From Armatimonadota bacterium (GTDB lineage Bacteria > Armatimonadota > Zipacnadia > Zipacnadales > JABUFB01): a DNA stretch of 64,000 nucleotides. The notes beneath the pieces were generated by a model. That model was not told the DNA's origin, ran no database searches, and saw only the letters and a program-made list of their open reading frames with translations. This document shows, in pieces, positions 18,302-27,118 of this stretch; the first letter of the stretch is position 1, and each line of letters begins with the position of its first letter. The stretch lies in contig JABUFB010000011.1 in assembly GCA_013314775.1 (NCBI GenBank), positions 9,144 through 73,143 of the forward strand, given 5' to 3'. Both the position numbers and the translations under genes were made by a program.

Positions 18302-18397
18302 ATGCCAAAGAACCGGCTCCAGTCCAACCGGGCTGGGACACTGCGCCAAGGACATCGACATTACCCGCCATCACATCAGGAGGCATTGCAATACCCC

Positions 18398-19351
18398 ATG
18401 ACACCCCGAGAGCGTTTCATCGCGGCGCTGGAGCGCAGGCCACTGACAGGCCGCGTGCCCCACTTCGAACTTGTCTTCTTCCTCACCATGGAGGCCTTCG
18501 GCAAGGTCCACCCAAGCCACCGCAACTACGGCCAATGGGACCAGATGGAAGAGAAGGAGCGCCGCCTGCACATCGCGGACATGGCCGACCTTTACATCGC
18601 CACTGCTGAGCGGTTCGAGCACAGCGCCATCTTCCTGCACCCAAACCCGGGCCGGCTGGAGAGCGTCTTGCAGCTTATCGACGCCGTCCGGGAGCGATCA
18701 GGCGACCGGTATTTCCTGATGATGCACGGAGACGCCACCTTCAGCATCCCCGGCGGCGGCGCCATGCAGGAGTTCGCTTACCGCATGGTGGACGACGCCG
18801 ACGGGCTCAAGGCCCAGGCCGCGGCCATGGTGGATGGGCAACTCGCGCACCTCGAGCGCCTGCGTGCCCATGGAGGGCTTGACGGTCTGGCGCTTTGCGC
18901 AGACTACTGCCTCAACACAGGCCCATTCCTGAGCCCGGCTCAGTTCAGCGAGTTCGTGGCGCCGTATCTCGCCAGGCTGATCCAGGGACAGCGCGACATG
19001 GGGTTTTACGTGATCAAGCACACCGACGGGAACATCATGCCGATCATCGACCAGCTTGTGCAGTGCAACCCGCACGCGCTCCACTCCATCGACCCGCAGG
19101 CCGGCGTGGATATCGCTGAAGTGAAGCGGCTCTACGGCAACCGCCTGTGCATTATCGGGAACGTGAACTGCGGGCTCCTTGACACTGGGACGGAGGAGGA
19201 AGTCCGTGAGTCATGCAGGTACGCGCTGCGCCACGGAATGCCCGGCGGAGGGTATATCTTCTCCACCAGCAACTGCATCTACACGGGCATGCGGCTCTCG
19301 CGCTATGAGTTGATGCTGGACGTCTGGCGGCAGGAGGGCAATTATTCTTAG
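18398..19351 (+). CDS. Uroporphyrinogen decarboxylase (URO-D) family protein (MtaA/CmuA-like methyltransferase fold)
   Basis: ATG 18398 was verified, with AGGAGG at 18378-18383. The translation 'MTPRERFIAALERRPLTGRVPHFE...IKHTDGNIMPIIDQL...IDPQAGVDI...IIGNVNCG' is typical of URO-D family enzymes. Confidence 0.7.
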   Translation: MTPRERFIAALERRPLTGRVPHFELVFFLTMEAFGKVHPSHRNYGQWDQMEEKERRLHIADMADLYIATAERFEHSAIFLHPNPGRLESVLQLIDAVRERSGDRYFLMMHGDATFSIPGGGAMQEFAYRMVDDADGLKAQAAAMVDGQLAHLERLRAHGGLDGLALCADYCLNTGPFLSPAQFSEFVAPYLARLIQGQRDMGFYVIKHTDGNIMPIIDQLVQCNPHALHSIDPQAGVDIAEVKRLYGNRLCIIGNVNCGLLDTGTEEEVRESCRYALRHGMPGGGYIFSTSNCIYTGMRLSRYELMLDVWRQEGNYS

Positions 19352-19368
19352 GGTCGCGAACGAGCGGC

Positions 19369-22300
19369 TCACGGCTCCGTGAAGTGACCGATCTTCAGGT
19401 TCGCATAGTGGATGTCCTGGGCCACGTGTGGCCAATTGCGGAAGGAACCGAAAGCGATGCCGCGCAGGTCACTGTCGCGGCCCGTAATCGTCTTCTTCAA
19501 TTGGTCATCCAGAAAAAAGCGCCACGTCGCGCCGTTGCGATGGATGACCAGCCGGTGCCACTTGTTCGGGGCCACGTCCGTGGCCAGCACCTCACCCAGG
19601 CCCAGGAGCGTCACGGGCTTGCCCGCACTTTCGCCATTGTCGAACTGCACCAGTGGTAGAAACTCAGCATCCTTGGCGGGCCGCCCGCGCTTGAGCCCGA
19701 AGGCAGCTCCCGCGTCGGCTGCTTTGTACTCGCCCTCGTCAGTGGACTTGAAAACCAACTCACCCGTGAGCCGGAAGTCAAACTGCACGGCCCATTGCTT
19801 CTGTTCGGGCAGAACCTCATCTGACTCTGACCACACTGCCACATGGGATCGCTGGTCCCGCAGATGCAGTGTCGGCGCCTTCGCGAAACTCCGGCTGACC
19901 CGGGCGATGCCGAAAACCTGTCCATCGCGCTCCTGGATCTCGCGCTGCCAGCCGGCTGGGATACTCCCCACCTCCACATCCGCGAAGTCCTCATTGAGGA
20001 ATGCACCATCGCAGGCGTCTCTGAAGTCATCCTCAGGAAGGTGAATCGCGACCGGCTGATGGATTCCCGCCTGATATGCGGAGTTGTGGATGCGCACCAC
20101 CAGCAGGTTCTCACCCGGGTTCAGGAATTCCGGCTTGACTTTGACTGTGAAGGGGCGATCCCACAGATCCTCCACCCCCAACTCCTGCCCCGGCATGAAC
20201 TCCGATTTCAGCGTGTGCTCCCCCACCAGCCTGCCGTTGATGTACACCCAAGCCTGCTCATCAACGCCACCAAACTGAAGCTCAATCGGCTTCCCACCAT
20301 GTGCGGCCGGGAGCGTGAAGGTGGTGCGGTACCAGCCAAAGCCGATCTGGTTGCCTGCGGGGGTATCTGCCAGGAACGCGGGGACCGTCACGGCGATCCA
20401 GTTGTCCGCACCCTCCAGATCCGGCCGGAACCACTCCGCTGCGACGCCTTGATCTTCGAGGTCCCACCGGAAGGTCCACGGTCCCCACGCCTCGGGCGGG
20501 AGCAGGTGCTGGTCAAAGCGCCTGTCGGCCACGGTCCGCATCTCCGAAAGGAACTCCCGGGCGCCTGCGATTGTGCGGCTTCCGTCGAAAAAGCCCAGGT
20601 TACTGATCTCAAGGCGCGCGCACAATTCGTCGAGTTCATCAGCGACCGCGGCGTAGTGCCTCAGGTCGGGCGGTTCCTGCCCGTCCCGCATCTGCATGAA
20701 GAGCTTCGCCGCTTCCACGTACACAACACCGGTCTTGAGCAACGCGACCCGGCGGCGTGTTGTGTCATTGTCGGCAGCCGCCTCGGCACGCTCAAGAATC
20801 GCCCGCGCCTTTGCTACGAAACCATGGTCGAACATGCCCTCGTCGTGGATGGCGTGGATCCAGTCGCGCTCCCGGCTGAAATCGGTGTATCGGGCACAGT
20901 AATCCCAGAGCAATTGGTGATACGCATAGACGGCCGGCGCGGCCGCTCCATAGTAGCCCCAGATGAAGTCCTGGATTAACGCCTCCACGTCGAGCGTGGG
21001 GTCCCACATCAGTTTCCCGAAAACCCAGTTGCGCAGCGCTTCGGCCGGCTTGTCCGACCCTCCCTGCTGGATGAGGATGGCCTCGGCCTGCTGCTCGGAG
21101 AAGAACCGAATGTTCTCGGCAATTGCCCGGATGTTGGGCATCGGCGCGTAGGTGTGCCGGTACTGCGACGGGTACATCCACAGTAACATGCGCGGGCTGA
21201 TCTCTTTCCAGCGCGCCCAGCTCTGACGTTGGGCCACCAGCCGGTTGCTGGGCGTCGGCGGCTCCTCGGCCAGCTTGTCATCGTAGAAAGAGTGGTAGGG
21301 CCAGGTGAAGCTTGCGCCCCAGTCCAGGCAGTACCGAACCGCCACATTGGAGCGGGCCTTGATGTCCGCCGTTGGTGGGCGATTAGAGTTCCAGTACGAA
21401 ATAGTGCTGATGGTGGCGTCCGGGACTTCTTTCTCCACCAACTCGGCGACACGGTTCACGAAGGTCAGCAAGAGCCCGCTCCAGGCGCCTGTCTCGCGTT
21501 CCACCGCCATGCAGTTGTCGCACTGGCAGTGGCCGGCCCAGTCCATGGCGGAGACGTCGAGCCTGCGGCGTCTCGGTGCGGCAGGGCGCAGGGCGTCGAT
21601 GGCGGTCCTGGCCGCAACCTCGGCCACTTCGGGGTTGGAGATGCAGAGCTGGGCGTTCTCCCACTGCCGCTTGCCGCCAACCAGCGAGAAGTATTCGGGA
21701 TGGGCTTCAAAGTACTTCGCCGGGGGCACCAGCCAGTGGAAGGTGTGGGCGACACCCCCTCCGTGCATGAACCAATACTGGCCGTACTGCGTTGCCCAGC
21801 CGCCGTTGAAGCGGTTGCGCAGGCCCCACGGCATCGAGGTGATCTGGAAGTCCAACTCGCGCAGGGGCACGCCCGGCCTGCGGGTTCGGGGTACTATGCG
21901 GGCCGACAACGAGGGCTGTCTCACCACGCGGGACTCGCCTTTGGCCCATGTCGGCGCTTCCAGCGCATTGTTCATGTCCCTTACGCGGGCATCCCAGTCT
22001 GGACCAGCCATGGGAGTCGCCACGTACCAGCGGACGCCCAGATCTTCTTCCAGCAGTGCGAAAGCCGCGAGCATCGTCCCGACAGGCTCCTCGCCCAGCA
22101 GGAAGACGCGCTCGCCTTCCACTGCGATAGCGTAGCCGCCTTCACCCGCCTGGCGCTCCTGTTCACGCGCCGCGTCCGTGACGCGGCTGGTTCGGCCCAC
22201 GCAGAGTTCCCGTTCCCGGACGGGTTCGGTGTCGGGCGAGACGGGGAAATCCGCGCCGGTGATCTCTCCCAGCCAGAGCCGCAGCTCACTGGCAGCGCGG

Positions 22301-22572
22301 GTTTCCGCTGCGGTTGCGGTCGCGGGCACCACGATGACATAGTCTGTCTCGCCATCGGTGGAGAGTGTCAGCGTGACCGCCTGGCCCTTTGGGGCAAGGG
22401 AGTTGCGCCAGCCGTCCCAGACCTCGGGCGGGTCCGCGAGGTACCTCTGCGCCCAGCCTGGACGGTCTTCCGGTGCGGATGACGCCCAGCTGATCGTGAA
22501 CATGATCCCGAGGATCGCCGGCACCAGGCTCTGCCATCTCATGTGAGTGCCTCCCTGGGGGCCTTGTCTCAT
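19369..22572 (-). CDS. Secreted DUF4838 protein with a GH2-type sugar-binding domain and a C-terminal DUF1080/LamG-like domain
   Basis: 'FHWLVPPAKYFEAHPEYFSLVGGKRQWENAQLCISNPEV' is DUF4838-like. 'WYRTTFTLPAAHGGKPIELQFGGVDEQAWVYINGRLVGEH' is a GH2 N-terminal jelly-roll. The C-terminal 'WHRLVIHRNGATWRFFLDDQ' is a concanavalin-like fold. The ATG at 22572 overlaps the upstream TGA (ATGA). Confidence 0.65.
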   Translation of the reverse strand: MRQGPQGGTHMRWQSLVPAILGIMFTISWASSAPEDRPGWAQRYLADPPEVWDGWRNSLAPKGQAVTLTLSTDGETDYVIVVPATATAAETRAASELRLWLGEITGADFPVSPDTEPVRERELCVGRTSRVTDAAREQERQAGEGGYAIAVEGERVFLLGEEPVGTMLAAFALLEEDLGVRWYVATPMAGPDWDARVRDMNNALEAPTWAKGESRVVRQPSLSARIVPRTRRPGVPLRELDFQITSMPWGLRNRFNGGWATQYGQYWFMHGGGVAHTFHWLVPPAKYFEAHPEYFSLVGGKRQWENAQLCISNPEVAEVAARTAIDALRPAAPRRRRLDVSAMDWAGHCQCDNCMAVERETGAWSGLLLTFVNRVAELVEKEVPDATISTISYWNSNRPPTADIKARSNVAVRYCLDWGASFTWPYHSFYDDKLAEEPPTPSNRLVAQRQSWARWKEISPRMLLWMYPSQYRHTYAPMPNIRAIAENIRFFSEQQAEAILIQQGGSDKPAEALRNWVFGKLMWDPTLDVEALIQDFIWGYYGAAAPAVYAYHQLLWDYCARYTDFSRERDWIHAIHDEGMFDHGFVAKARAILERAEAAADNDTTRRRVALLKTGVVYVEAAKLFMQMRDGQEPPDLRHYAAVADELDELCARLEISNLGFFDGSRTIAGAREFLSEMRTVADRRFDQHLLPPEAWGPWTFRWDLEDQGVAAEWFRPDLEGADNWIAVTVPAFLADTPAGNQIGFGWYRTTFTLPAAHGGKPIELQFGGVDEQAWVYINGRLVGEHTLKSEFMPGQELGVEDLWDRPFTVKVKPEFLNPGENLLVVRIHNSAYQAGIHQPVAIHLPEDDFRDACDGAFLNEDFADVEVGSIPAGWQREIQERDGQVFGIARVSRSFAKAPTLHLRDQRSHVAVWSESDEVLPEQKQWAVQFDFRLTGELVFKSTDEGEYKAADAGAAFGLKRGRPAKDAEFLPLVQFDNGESAGKPVTLLGLGEVLATDVAPNKWHRLVIHRNGATWRFFLDDQLKKTITGRDSDLRGIAFGSFRNWPHVAQDIHYANLKIGHFTEP

Positions 22573-23312
22573 CCCATGCCACCCACGCTGCGGCCACCGT
22601 CGATGATGTAATTCGCGCCGGTAATAAAGGCCGCATCATCGGAACACAAGTAGAGAATCAGGTTCACAATCTCCTCCGGCTCAGCGGCTCTGCCCAGTCG
22701 CGTCTTCATATTCGCCATCTCCGGGCGTGTCAGCACAGGCCCGGGAGACACGCAGCAAGAGCGAACCCCGTGGGGTGAGCCATACAGGGTGATCGACTTC
22801 GTCAGCCCGATCATCGCGCTCTTCGCGGCCCCGTAGTCAAGGCACATGGAGCCGGTCACGCCGTCCACAGAGCCCATATTGATGATGACACCGCGTTTCT
22901 GCCGGATCATGTGCCCAAGCACTGCGTGGCAGAAGTACACGGCGCCCTTGAGGTTCACATCAAGGCCCCAGTCCACGATCTCGATGGGGATCTCGTGGAA
23001 AGGCTCGGTGCGCCCATGCACACGGGATGACGCGCCGCCCGCGCTGTTCATGAGGATGTCCACACTGCCATAGCGATCCACCGCGGCGTCCACGGAGAAC
23101 TTCACCTGGTCATAGCAGCGAACATCCACCTGTAACCCGATGGCCTCTCCCCCATCGTCGCAGATGCCCTGCGCTGCGGCCCGGACCGCGCTCTCGTTGA
23201 CATCAGTGAGTACGACCCGGGCGCCTTCAGCGGCAAGACGCTGCCCGGCCAGCAAGCCCATACCCGATGCTGCACCCGAGATGATTGCGACGCGGTCTTC
23301 AAATCTCATCAA
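22569..23312 (-). CDS. SDR family oxidoreductase (FabG-like)
   Basis: 'VAIISGAASGMG' is a TGxxxGxG-type motif. 'NSAG' is present, and 'YGAAKSA' is the catalytic YxxxK. Confidence 0.85.
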   Translation of the reverse strand: MMRFEDRVAIISGAASGMGLLAGQRLAAEGARVVLTDVNESAVRAAAQGICDDGGEAIGLQVDVRCYDQVKFSVDAAVDRYGSVDILMNSAGGASSRVHGRTEPFHEIPIEIVDWGLDVNLKGAVYFCHAVLGHMIRQKRGVIINMGSVDGVTGSMCLDYGAAKSAMIGLTKSITLYGSPHGVRSCCVSPGPVLTRPEMANMKTRLGRAAEPEEIVNLILYLCSDDAAFITGANYIIDGGRSVGGMG

Positions 23313-23321
23313 TGGCTCCTT

Positions 23322-24065
23322 CTATCTCAACGGCCCCAGAGTGCGACCGCCATCGATCATGTAGTTCGCGCCCGTGATGTATGCCGCTTCGTCTGAAGCG
23401 AGGAACGCCACCAGTGCCGCGACTTCCTCCGGTTCACCCCCGCGCCGCAACCAGGTACCATGCGTCCAGTCGCGCCGGGATTCGTCGTAGATTGCTCCCG
23501 GCGAGACGCAGTTCACATTGATTCCGTACTCGCCCAGTTCCATCGCCAGTGCCATTGTCAGCGAGATGATCCCGCCTTTGGCTGCGGAGTAAGCCGCCCA
23601 GTTCGGCAGGCCCGCTGTTCCGGCGATAGACCCGAAGTTGATGATCTTGCCATAGCGTCGCTGGACCATCCCATCCAGTACGGCCTGAATGCAGATCATG
23701 GTGCCGTGCAGGTTCAGGTCGATGACCCATTTCCAGACGTCTTCCTCGGCGTCCTTGAACGGGGAAGTCTTCCCGAGAAGCGCGGCACCGCCACCGGCGT
23801 TGTTGACGAGGATGTCCACCTTGCCGAAACGGGCCTCGACATCGGAGACCATCGCGCGCACTTCGGCACTCTTCGTGACGTCCGCTGCGAAAGCCATGGC
23901 CTCCCCACCGGACTCGACGATCTGGGCCACGACCTGCGCGGCGCGCTCTCCATTGATGTCATCCACGGCCACTGCGGCGCCTTCCGATGCGAAACGGAGA
24001 GCAATCGCCCGGCCGATGCCCCTCCCGGCTCCGGTGATCACGGCCACTTTCCCAGCTAGCCTCAT
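23322..24065 (-). CDS. SDR family oxidoreductase (FabG-like)
   Basis: The motifs 'VAVITGAGRGIG', 'NNAG' and 'YSAAKGG' are present. Confidence 0.85.
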   Translation of the reverse strand: MRLAGKVAVITGAGRGIGRAIALRFASEGAAVAVDDINGERAAQVVAQIVESGGEAMAFAADVTKSAEVRAMVSDVEARFGKVDILVNNAGGGAALLGKTSPFKDAEEDVWKWVIDLNLHGTMICIQAVLDGMVQRRYGKIINFGSIAGTAGLPNWAAYSAAKGGIISLTMALAMELGEYGINVNCVSPGAIYDESRRDWTHGTWLRRGGEPEEVAALVAFLASDEAAYITGANYMIDGGRTLGPLR

Positions 24066-24087
24066 GTCGCTCGTTTCCCTCCCAAGA

Positions 24088-25068
24088 TCAGCCTGCGGCC
24101 TGTGGAACCGTCAGAACAACTTTGCCCAGATTCTCGCGGCGTTCCAGGATCGCGTGGGCGGCTTCGGCTTCAGTAATGGGGAGTGTCGCATGGATCACCG
24201 GCTTGATCGTCCGTGCCGCAAAGGCATCCCACAGCGCCCGTTCCATGCCCGCAAGTATCTCGGCCTTCATCTCAGGTGTACGGCTTCGCAGCGTGCTCCC
24301 GATAAGCCGGATACCCCGCCTGAAGAAACGGTTCACGTCCAGTTCGGTCACCGGGCCGCCCAGTGTGGCGATGATGATCCAGCGGCCACCGACGGCCATC
24401 TTCTCGATGCAGCGCCCGAGTTCCGGCCCCGCGATGCAGTCCAGGGCGATGTCCACCGGGTGTTCGTCCATGGCCGCGAGCAGGTCGTCGGTGGTGCGGT
24501 TGACCACGAAATCCGCCCCCAGTTCGCGGACGAACCGGGCCTTATCGTCGTTGCTCACCGTGGTCATCACCGCGCCGCCGAGAACTTTCACCATCTGGAT
24601 CGCAGCCATTCCAAGGCCGCTCGCACCGGCCTGGATGAGGACGGTGTCACCGGCTTTCATGCCGCCTTCGACGCAGATGTTCAGGTAGGCGGTGGCGAAG
24701 GCCTCCGGAATTGCCGCGGCCTCAACCATCGAGAGCCCTTCGGGAACCGGAAGCGCCATGGTTGCAGGCACGGCGACCCTTTCCGCATACCCGCCTCCAC
24801 CCAGAAGGGCGCAGACCTTGTCGCCCGGCTTCCAGCGAGCCCCCTCCGGCGCGTCGCGGACAACACCAGCCACTTCGAGACCCATCCACTCCGGCCAACC
24901 CGGCGGCGGCGGATAGTCCCCCGCGCGCTGCATGAGGTCGGCGCGGTTGAGCGCAGCAGCATGCACATCAATGACGATCTCGCCCGGTTGCGGCACGGGA
25001 TCGGGGACTTTGCTCCACACGAGTGAGCCATCTTCGGCTACGAGCACGGCGTGCATCGTGGTCTCCAT
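24088..25068 (-). CDS. NAD(P)H:quinone oxidoreductase-type medium-chain dehydrogenase (Qor/zeta-crystallin-like)
   Basis: The translation 'VAAALNRADLMQRAGDYPPPPG...GDTVLIQAGASGLGMAAIQ' is typical of the MDR quinone oxidoreductase subgroup. The start could be M1 (25068) or M5 (25056). It overlaps the 3' end of the upstream gene. Confidence 0.8.
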   Translation of the reverse strand: METTMHAVLVAEDGSLVWSKVPDPVPQPGEIVIDVHAAALNRADLMQRAGDYPPPPGWPEWMGLEVAGVVRDAPEGARWKPGDKVCALLGGGGYAERVAVPATMALPVPEGLSMVEAAAIPEAFATAYLNICVEGGMKAGDTVLIQAGASGLGMAAIQMVKVLGGAVMTTVSNDDKARFVRELGADFVVNRTTDDLLAAMDEHPVDIALDCIAGPELGRCIEKMAVGGRWIIIATLGGPVTELDVNRFFRRGIRLIGSTLRSRTPEMKAEILAGMERALWDAFAARTIKPVIHATLPITEAEAAHAILERRENLGKVVLTVPQAAG

Positions 25069-26063
25069 TCCGTGTACCCGGCGGCGGCCAGGAGCGTCTC
25101 TTGCACCAGGAGTTCGTGATCGTACGAGTAAGGGTTCTCGATCTCCCCTCTAATTACCCGCGCGAATTCGATGAGCTGGTCCTCGTATCGCCCGTTCATC
25201 ACGCCCACGTCCACCAGATGCGTTCCCGCCGGGTACTCAGCGGTGTCTTCCAGAAGCGTCAGGCGCACGTGCAGCGGGTCAATCCCGTAGTTTCCCGCCG
25301 GGCGCTCAAGCGGGCAGATCTCCACTGTGCCCTTGGTTCCGCAAACGATCATCCGCCGATGATTCATGCCGTCGACTTCGGTGATGGCTGCACGCACGGT
25401 AGCTGTGGCCCGGGGATACTCGAGCACCGCGAGCCCGTTATCCTTGAGGCCGTCGTCGCGGGTCGATTTCAGGAAAGGCACAACGTTATCCGGCCGGCCA
25501 AGCATCGCGATGACCAGGTCCAGCAGGTGGCAGCCGAAGTTGTACATCGCGCCGCCGGCGAACTGGGACAGGAAACTGCGGTAGTGGTCCCCGTCGTACC
25601 GGCTCATCACCACGTGGACCTCGAAAGCCTCGCCCAACCAACCCTCGCGCAGTGCCCGAAAGCAGAACTTGATCGCCGGGTTGACCCGGTACATGTAACC
25701 AAGCTGTACGGCCAGACCTTTCGCCCTGCAGCCGTCGATGAGCTGCTGGAAGGGCTCCATCGTCTCTCCGCCGGGCTTGTCCACGTGCAGGTGCAGGCCG
25801 CGCTCCATGCAACGGAGCGCAGTGGGAATCAGGTCGGGGTTGTTTGTCTCCACCGCGATTGCCTGCAGGTCTGGAGTGTCGAGAAGCTGCTCTTCCGACA
25901 TGAACTGGATGCCCTCATACGACCGGGGCGAGGGCCAGTCGGGGCTGTCTTCCGTCACCACCCCGACAACGTCAAAGTACTCGGGGAGGCGACGCAGCGC
26001 GTCCATGATCCCTGAAGCGTGCTCGTGCCCGATGCCGATCTGTCCGATCTTGATAGGGTTCAT
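25038..26063 (-). CDS. Gfo/Idh/MocA family oxidoreductase
   Basis: The N-terminal Rossmann region reads 'IKIGQIGIGHEHA', followed by 'LHLHVDKPGGET' (the EKP-like motif region). The ATG overlaps the stop of the upstream gene (ATGA at 26060-26063). Confidence 0.8.
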   Translation of the reverse strand: MNPIKIGQIGIGHEHASGIMDALRRLPEYFDVVGVVTEDSPDWPSPRSYEGIQFMSEEQLLDTPDLQAIAVETNNPDLIPTALRCMERGLHLHVDKPGGETMEPFQQLIDGCRAKGLAVQLGYMYRVNPAIKFCFRALREGWLGEAFEVHVVMSRYDGDHYRSFLSQFAGGAMYNFGCHLLDLVIAMLGRPDNVVPFLKSTRDDGLKDNGLAVLEYPRATATVRAAITEVDGMNHRRMIVCGTKGTVEICPLERPAGNYGIDPLHVRLTLLEDTAEYPAGTHLVDVGVMNGRYEDQLIEFARVIRGEIENPYSYDHELLVQETLLAAAGYTEWRPRCTPCS

Positions 26064-27064
26064 CGAATCATGTTCCAGTCGAAAACGATCCCCAGTGGCG
26101 GATGGGGTTCCTCGGCCAGGCGTGTATACACCTGCGGCGCGCGTTCCGGCGAAACGATCTCGGAAATGATCGGCCGGACCTGCAGCCGCTTGGCAGCGAT
26201 GAGTGCGAGAAGCGTGCGGTGGTCGTCCTTCGCGGTCCAGTACCCCGGTGAGGACTCAACTTGAGGGCGCACGAAGGTATGGGCCCCGATGAGCGACACG
26301 CCGGTCAGGTGCACATACCGATAGAAATCGATGTTCGCGTCGGGGATTCGCGTGCAGCCCAGGAGACTGATGCGACCTTTCCGCGCCACACAGGTGAGGG
26401 CCTGCTGGAGCGCCGCTGCGATGCCGGTGACTTCCACGATCGCGTCGGCGCCTTTGCCGCTGGTCAGCTCCTTGACCTTCTCGGAGAGGTTCTCCTCTTC
26501 CGGCGAGAAGGCATGGTCGGCCCCCAGGCGCAGAGCGAGGTCTCGGCGTTTCGGGTCAAGATCGGAGACGATCACCGGAATGGCGCCGTCGATCCTGGCA
26601 AGCTGTGCGGCGAAAGTCCCCAGAAGCCCCAGGCCGATCACCATGACAGACTCGCCAAGCTCGACCCGCAGTTTGCGCACTCCCTGCAGGCTCATGGCGG
26701 CGATGACCACGAAGGCCGCATCCAGGGATTCGATGCGATCATCGCTCACCAGCGTAAGATCGGCGGCGCTCTGCAGCGCGTGGGAGCGGTGGCCGGTGAA
26801 GTTGACCAAGGCCCGGTCACCGACTTTCACGCTGTCGACGCCTTCTCCCAGGGCAATCACGCGACCGACACCGCAGTAGCCTGGATAGTAAGGGAATCCG
26901 CCCGAGGTGTTGGGCAGGTTCATCAGGTTCGCCCGTTCGGTGCCGGCGCTGATCACCGTGTAGTCGCTCTCGATGAGAACCTGACCCGCGCCGGGTTCGG
27001 GTACGTCGAAGGGCTTGAGTACTGCATTCGCGATGGACTCAAACACGATATAGTGTCCGGTCAT
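26060..27064 (-). CDS. Medium-chain (zinc-type) alcohol/polyol dehydrogenase family protein
   Basis: The GroES-like N-terminal region ('GYCGVGRVIALGEGVDSVKVGDRA') and the Rossmann 'VMVIGLGLLGTFAAQLA' support the MDR superfamily. Confidence 0.75.
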   Translation of the reverse strand: MTGHYIVFESIANAVLKPFDVPEPGAGQVLIESDYTVISAGTERANLMNLPNTSGGFPYYPGYCGVGRVIALGEGVDSVKVGDRALVNFTGHRSHALQSAADLTLVSDDRIESLDAAFVVIAAMSLQGVRKLRVELGESVMVIGLGLLGTFAAQLARIDGAIPVIVSDLDPKRRDLALRLGADHAFSPEEENLSEKVKELTSGKGADAIVEVTGIAAALQQALTCVARKGRISLLGCTRIPDANIDFYRYVHLTGVSLIGAHTFVRPQVESSPGYWTAKDDHRTLLALIAAKRLQVRPIISEIVSPERAPQVYTRLAEEPHPPLGIVFDWNMIR

Positions 27065-27118
27065 GTAAGCCTCTCTTCTTTGTCCTTCCGTCCTGCCGGT
27101 CCGAACGATTGCACCGGG